From the NCBI RefSeq assembly GCF_965658795.1, contig NZ_CBFHTG010000006.1, forward strand, positions 60,403-124,402: a stretch of 64,000 bases of DNA, read 5' to 3'. The stretch's first letter is position 1. Each line of letters starts with the position of its first letter. Positions 61,504-64,000 of this stretch are shown here, one piece after another. The notes under the pieces were generated by a model. That model was not told where the DNA came from, ran no database searches, and worked only from the letters and a program-made list of their open reading frames with translations. Both the position numbers and the translations under genes were made by a program. Origin of the DNA: Lentibacter sp. (GTDB lineage: Bacteria; Pseudomonadota; Alphaproteobacteria; Rhodobacterales; Rhodobacteraceae).

Positions 61504-61842
61504 ATGGGACTTCCGCAATTCAGTGATGATCTGAGTGATGCCGAGCTTGATAAGTTTATGGACAACGCCACCAAGGCGTCCAATTTTCTCAAAACCGTAA
61601 GCCACGAGGGCCGCCTCATGATCCTTTGCCATCTGGTAACAGGCGAAAAATCGGTGACCGAGCTTGAGAGTCTGCTCTCGGCACGCCAGGCTGCGGTGAG
61701 CCAGCAACTGTCTCGCTTGCGCATGGAGGGGCTGGTTGTACCACGGCGCGAAGGTAAGGCGATCTACTACCGCCTTGCTGACAATCGGCCAAAACGCATC
61801 TTGGAGCTTGTCTACGAATTGTTTTGCGACGACGATAGTTAG
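61504..61842 (+). CDS. soxR: ArsR-family transcriptional repressor SoxR
   Basis: 112-aa ORF with an ArsR wHTH (LKTVSHEGRLMILCHLVTGEKSVTELESLLSARQAAVSQQLSRLRMEGLV) in sox context. Confidence 0.8.
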   Translation: MGLPQFSDDLSDAELDKFMDNATKASNFLKTVSHEGRLMILCHLVTGEKSVTELESLLSARQAAVSQQLSRLRMEGLVVPRREGKAIYYRLADNRPKRILELVYELFCDDDS

Positions 61843-61875
61843 GCAAGTTTGCATCGACGCTGGGGAGGGCTAACG

Positions 61876-62928
61876 ATGCTGGACGTAATGTCAGAAAGTA
61901 CATTTGTGACACTGGCTGGTGTCTTTGGCGGGGTCTTGCTCGGGCTGGCCGCCCGGCTGGGGCGTTTTTGTACGCTCGGCGCGATTGAGGACACGCTCTA
62001 TGGCGAGGACACGCTGCGCTTGCGGATGTGGGGGCTGGCCATTGGCGCAGCCATCGTCGGCACTTTCGCGCTGGCAAGCGCTGGCATGGCCCCGATAGAG
62101 CAAAGCTTTTACCTCTCGATCACATGGATGCCCTTAGCCTCTATTCTGGGTGGTCTCATGTTTGGGTATGGCATGGCCCTCACAGGGAGCTGTGGCTACG
62201 GAGCCCTCGCGCGGCTTGGGGGCGGCGACATGCGCGCCTTTGTTGTTGTGTTGGTTATGGGCGTTTCGGCCTATGCTGTTCTTTCAGGGCCCTTGGCCTA
62301 CATTCGCATCTGGGCGTTCCCCCAATCTGACGCCCTTACTCCGCCCGGTATTGCTCATACCCTTGCGTCCATGTCAGGCCTCAGCGTGACAACACTTGGC
62401 ATCAGTCTTGGTCTCATCCTCGCAATTGGCTCTCTGGCCAACCGTGATTTCCTCAAACAGCCAGCCTCGGTCTTTTGGGCGCTTGTGGTCGCCGCAGCGA
62501 TTGTCAGCGGTTGGGCTGCTTCGGGCTATATCGCCTCATATGGATTTGGCGCTTTCCCGGTCGTATCTCACAGCTTCAGTGCCCCCGTTGGTGAAGCACT
62601 GCTTTACGCTATGACTGCCTCTGCAGGCCTACCCTCTTTTGCGGTGGGCTCTGTGGGGGGCGTTTTGGTGGGCGCGTTCATCGGCTCGCTCATCAAGGGG
62701 CACTTCCGCTGGGAAGCCTGTGAAGACCCCCGTGAGCTGCGCCGCCAGATAGTAGGTGCTGTCTTTATGGGCACTGGCGCGGTGCTGGCCATGGGCTGCA
62801 CAGTGGGCCAAGGCTTGTCAGCCTTCTCCACACTTAGTTTTTCAGCCCCTGTGACATTTCTTTCGATCTTTGCTGGAGCCGCTTTTGGGCTGAAGCAGCT
62901 GATCGAAGGCTTTCAACCCGCGGAATAG
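61876..62928 (+). CDS. YeeE/YedE-family sulfur-compound transporter (SoxT-like)
   Basis: The TTG-start ORF at 61849 was trimmed to the ATG at 61876 (SD GGGGAGGG 7 nt upstream). Multi-TM protein with conserved Cys contexts GRFCTLGA, GSCGYGA and MGCTVGQG. Confidence 0.8.
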   Translation: MLDVMSESTFVTLAGVFGGVLLGLAARLGRFCTLGAIEDTLYGEDTLRLRMWGLAIGAAIVGTFALASAGMAPIEQSFYLSITWMPLASILGGLMFGYGMALTGSCGYGALARLGGGDMRAFVVVLVMGVSAYAVLSGPLAYIRIWAFPQSDALTPPGIAHTLASMSGLSVTTLGISLGLILAIGSLANRDFLKQPASVFWALVVAAAIVSGWAASGYIASYGFGAFPVVSHSFSAPVGEALLYAMTASAGLPSFAVGSVGGVLVGAFIGSLIKGHFRWEACEDPRELRRQIVGAVFMGTGAVLAMGCTVGQGLSAFSTLSFSAPVTFLSIFAGAAFGLKQLIEGFQPAE

Positions 62929-63624
62929 TCAGTCTGCGCGCGCTGCCGCCAGAATAGGCCCGTGACCACGGCGCTGCACAAGGATCGCGGCGCTGTCCTC
63001 TCCGCTCACGCGCGCCGACGCTGACAGCGGCTTTGCCATGTCCCAGATTTGAAGAATCGTAATCTCCGTCACGATATTGGCATACGTGATGTCTTTGCCC
63101 GCGTTTTCGCCCCGACGTATCTGGGCAACCCCTTTAGGCATGTAGCGCACCAAAAGCACTGCTGCCTCTCCCCCACCTTCCGCGCGGGCATTTATGCTGA
63201 GCTTTGCCCCCTTGCGCGCCACATCAACCATCACAAGCGCAGGGGCAGCTTGATGTGTCTTCACCAACGCATTCACTTCTTTGGGGTGGTTCCCAACAAC
63301 GTGCTGCTGACCGTTCACAATCATCTGCGGGGTGTAAACAGAGCGGCGCGACCCAACTTTGGCATAGGCGCGCTGACGCTCAGAAAAGGCGGTGTGGCCG
63401 AAGGTATCTTTCCAACCGATGTAGTCCCAATAGTCTACATGCAGGCCAAGGGCGAGGACATCCTTGCGCGCGGCAAGCTCATGTAAAAACGCATCCGCAG
63501 GAGGGCAACTTGAACAACCTTGAGAGGTAAACAACTCAACGACCACAAGCTTGTTGCTTTGTGCTTCTGCTGCTGCCCCAAAACCGGTGAGCATCAAAAG
63601 TGCCAGTGCTATGCTGCGCCACAT
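62929..63624 (-). CDS. DUF1223 secreted thioredoxin-fold protein
   Basis: Trimmed to MWRSIALALLMLTGFGAAAEA (ATG at 63624, SD GAAGGAGG). Hallmark motif VVELFTSQGCSSCPPAD. Confidence 0.8.
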   Translation of the reverse strand: MWRSIALALLMLTGFGAAAEAQSNKLVVVELFTSQGCSSCPPADAFLHELAARKDVLALGLHVDYWDYIGWKDTFGHTAFSERQRAYAKVGSRRSVYTPQMIVNGQQHVVGNHPKEVNALVKTHQAAPALVMVDVARKGAKLSINARAEGGGEAAVLLVRYMPKGVAQIRRGENAGKDITYANIVTEITILQIWDMAKPLSASARVSGEDSAAILVQRRGHGPILAAARAD

Positions 63625-63700
63625 GGGTCGCCTCCTTCGATCTGTCCTCAGAAGGCATAGCCTATTGCCGCTCTCACCCGCCAATCAAGGTTTCGCGAGT

Positions 63701-63731
63701 CTCGGGCAGGTTTTGTTTCAACCCGCCCGAG
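63701..63731. terminator. 12-bp hairpin downstream of the FKBP-type isomerase gene
   Basis: CTCGGGCAGGTT-ttgtttc-AACCCGCCCGAG with one G-U pair on the minus strand. There is no clear U-tract on the minus strand. Confidence 0.4.
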
Positions 63732-63753
63732 CAGTTCTTTGTGAAACGTGCGC

Positions 63754-64000
63754 TTAGCTTACGGCGACCAGTTCGATTTCGAATGTGAGATCCTTGCCTG
63801 CCAGCGGGTGGTTGGCGTCCAGAACAACTGTCTCTTCACTGACCTCAACAACGGTCAGCGGCATGATTTCGCCACGCTCGTTTTTGGCCTGCAACTGCAC
63901 GCCAATCTCCAAAGGAATATCCGCAGGGATCTCCGCGCGTGGTACCGCTTGGCGCGCTTCCGCGTGATGTGGGCCGTAGGCATCGTCTGAAGCGATCTCA
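63754..64000 (-). CDS. FKBP-type peptidyl-prolyl cis-trans isomerase (SlyD-like), C-terminal part; gene runs off the window end
   Basis: The reverse-complement translation ends ...DDAYGPHHAEARQAVPRAEIPADIPLEIGVQLQAKNERGEIMPLTVVEVSEETVVLDANHPLAGKDLTFEIELVAVS*. The DANHPLAGK motif is typical of SlyD/FkpB. Confidence 0.75.
   Translation of the reverse strand, partial: EIASDDAYGPHHAEARQAVPRAEIPADIPLEIGVQLQAKNERGEIMPLTVVEVSEETVVLDANHPLAGKDLTFEIELVAVS

Overview
A 64-kb, high-GC (about 60-65% by eye) chromosomal segment typical of a Rhodobacterales-type alphaproteobacterium. Calls rest on reading the ORF translations and the DNA only; no searches were run. Content in order. (1) 1-10239, minus strand: an apparently intact RcGTA-type gene transfer agent head-tail cluster, g1 to g14 plus the first 49 codons of g15 at the window edge. 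(2) 10.4-20.7 kb: housekeeping genes (esterase, AlkA-like glycosylase, cobK, an orphan ABC ATPase, purA, secG, pyrG) and a translationally coupled DUF1330-TerB-TerB-cytoplasmic PhnD-like operon. (3) 20.8-27.9 kb: a gamma-glutamylation type amine catabolic cluster (two GS-like genes, a GATase and an FAD oxidase), followed by an SHMT-like gene and a LysR regulator. (4) 27.9-40.2 kb: holC-pepA, lptF-lptG-lptD-surA-pdxA-rsmA and prfA-prmC. (5) 40.9-54.4 kb: agmatinase, two tandem M20D amidohydrolases, mazG, an Fe(3+)-binding protein, a nucleoside hydrolase, an Irr-like Fur-family regulator, eno and dksA. (6) 55.5-62.9 kb: a visibly lower-GC sox block, soxVWXYZAB divergent from soxS-soxR-YeeE, with no soxCD next to soxB. 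No tRNA, rRNA, CRISPR array, transposase or integrase was seen. The least explained signals are non-coding. First, a ~100-nt intergenic element present twice (16.36 and 52.61 kb) with identical architecture: TTTTGTG-N11, palindromic GTGCAC hexamers at 12/11/11/9-nt spacing, TTTCACCCCCCC, N21-22, GTTAAC. Second, a 23-nt box CTTTCTTTTTGCYYYAAATATCC present three times in one orientation. Third, several candidate operators: TTAA-N7-TTAA upstream of GTA g1, TTTGATCAAA palindromes before the GS-like genes, TGA-N9-TCA before the Fe(3+)-binding protein gene, and an AAATTCA dyad in the soxW-soxX spacer. A strong intrinsic terminator also lies between soxA and soxB.
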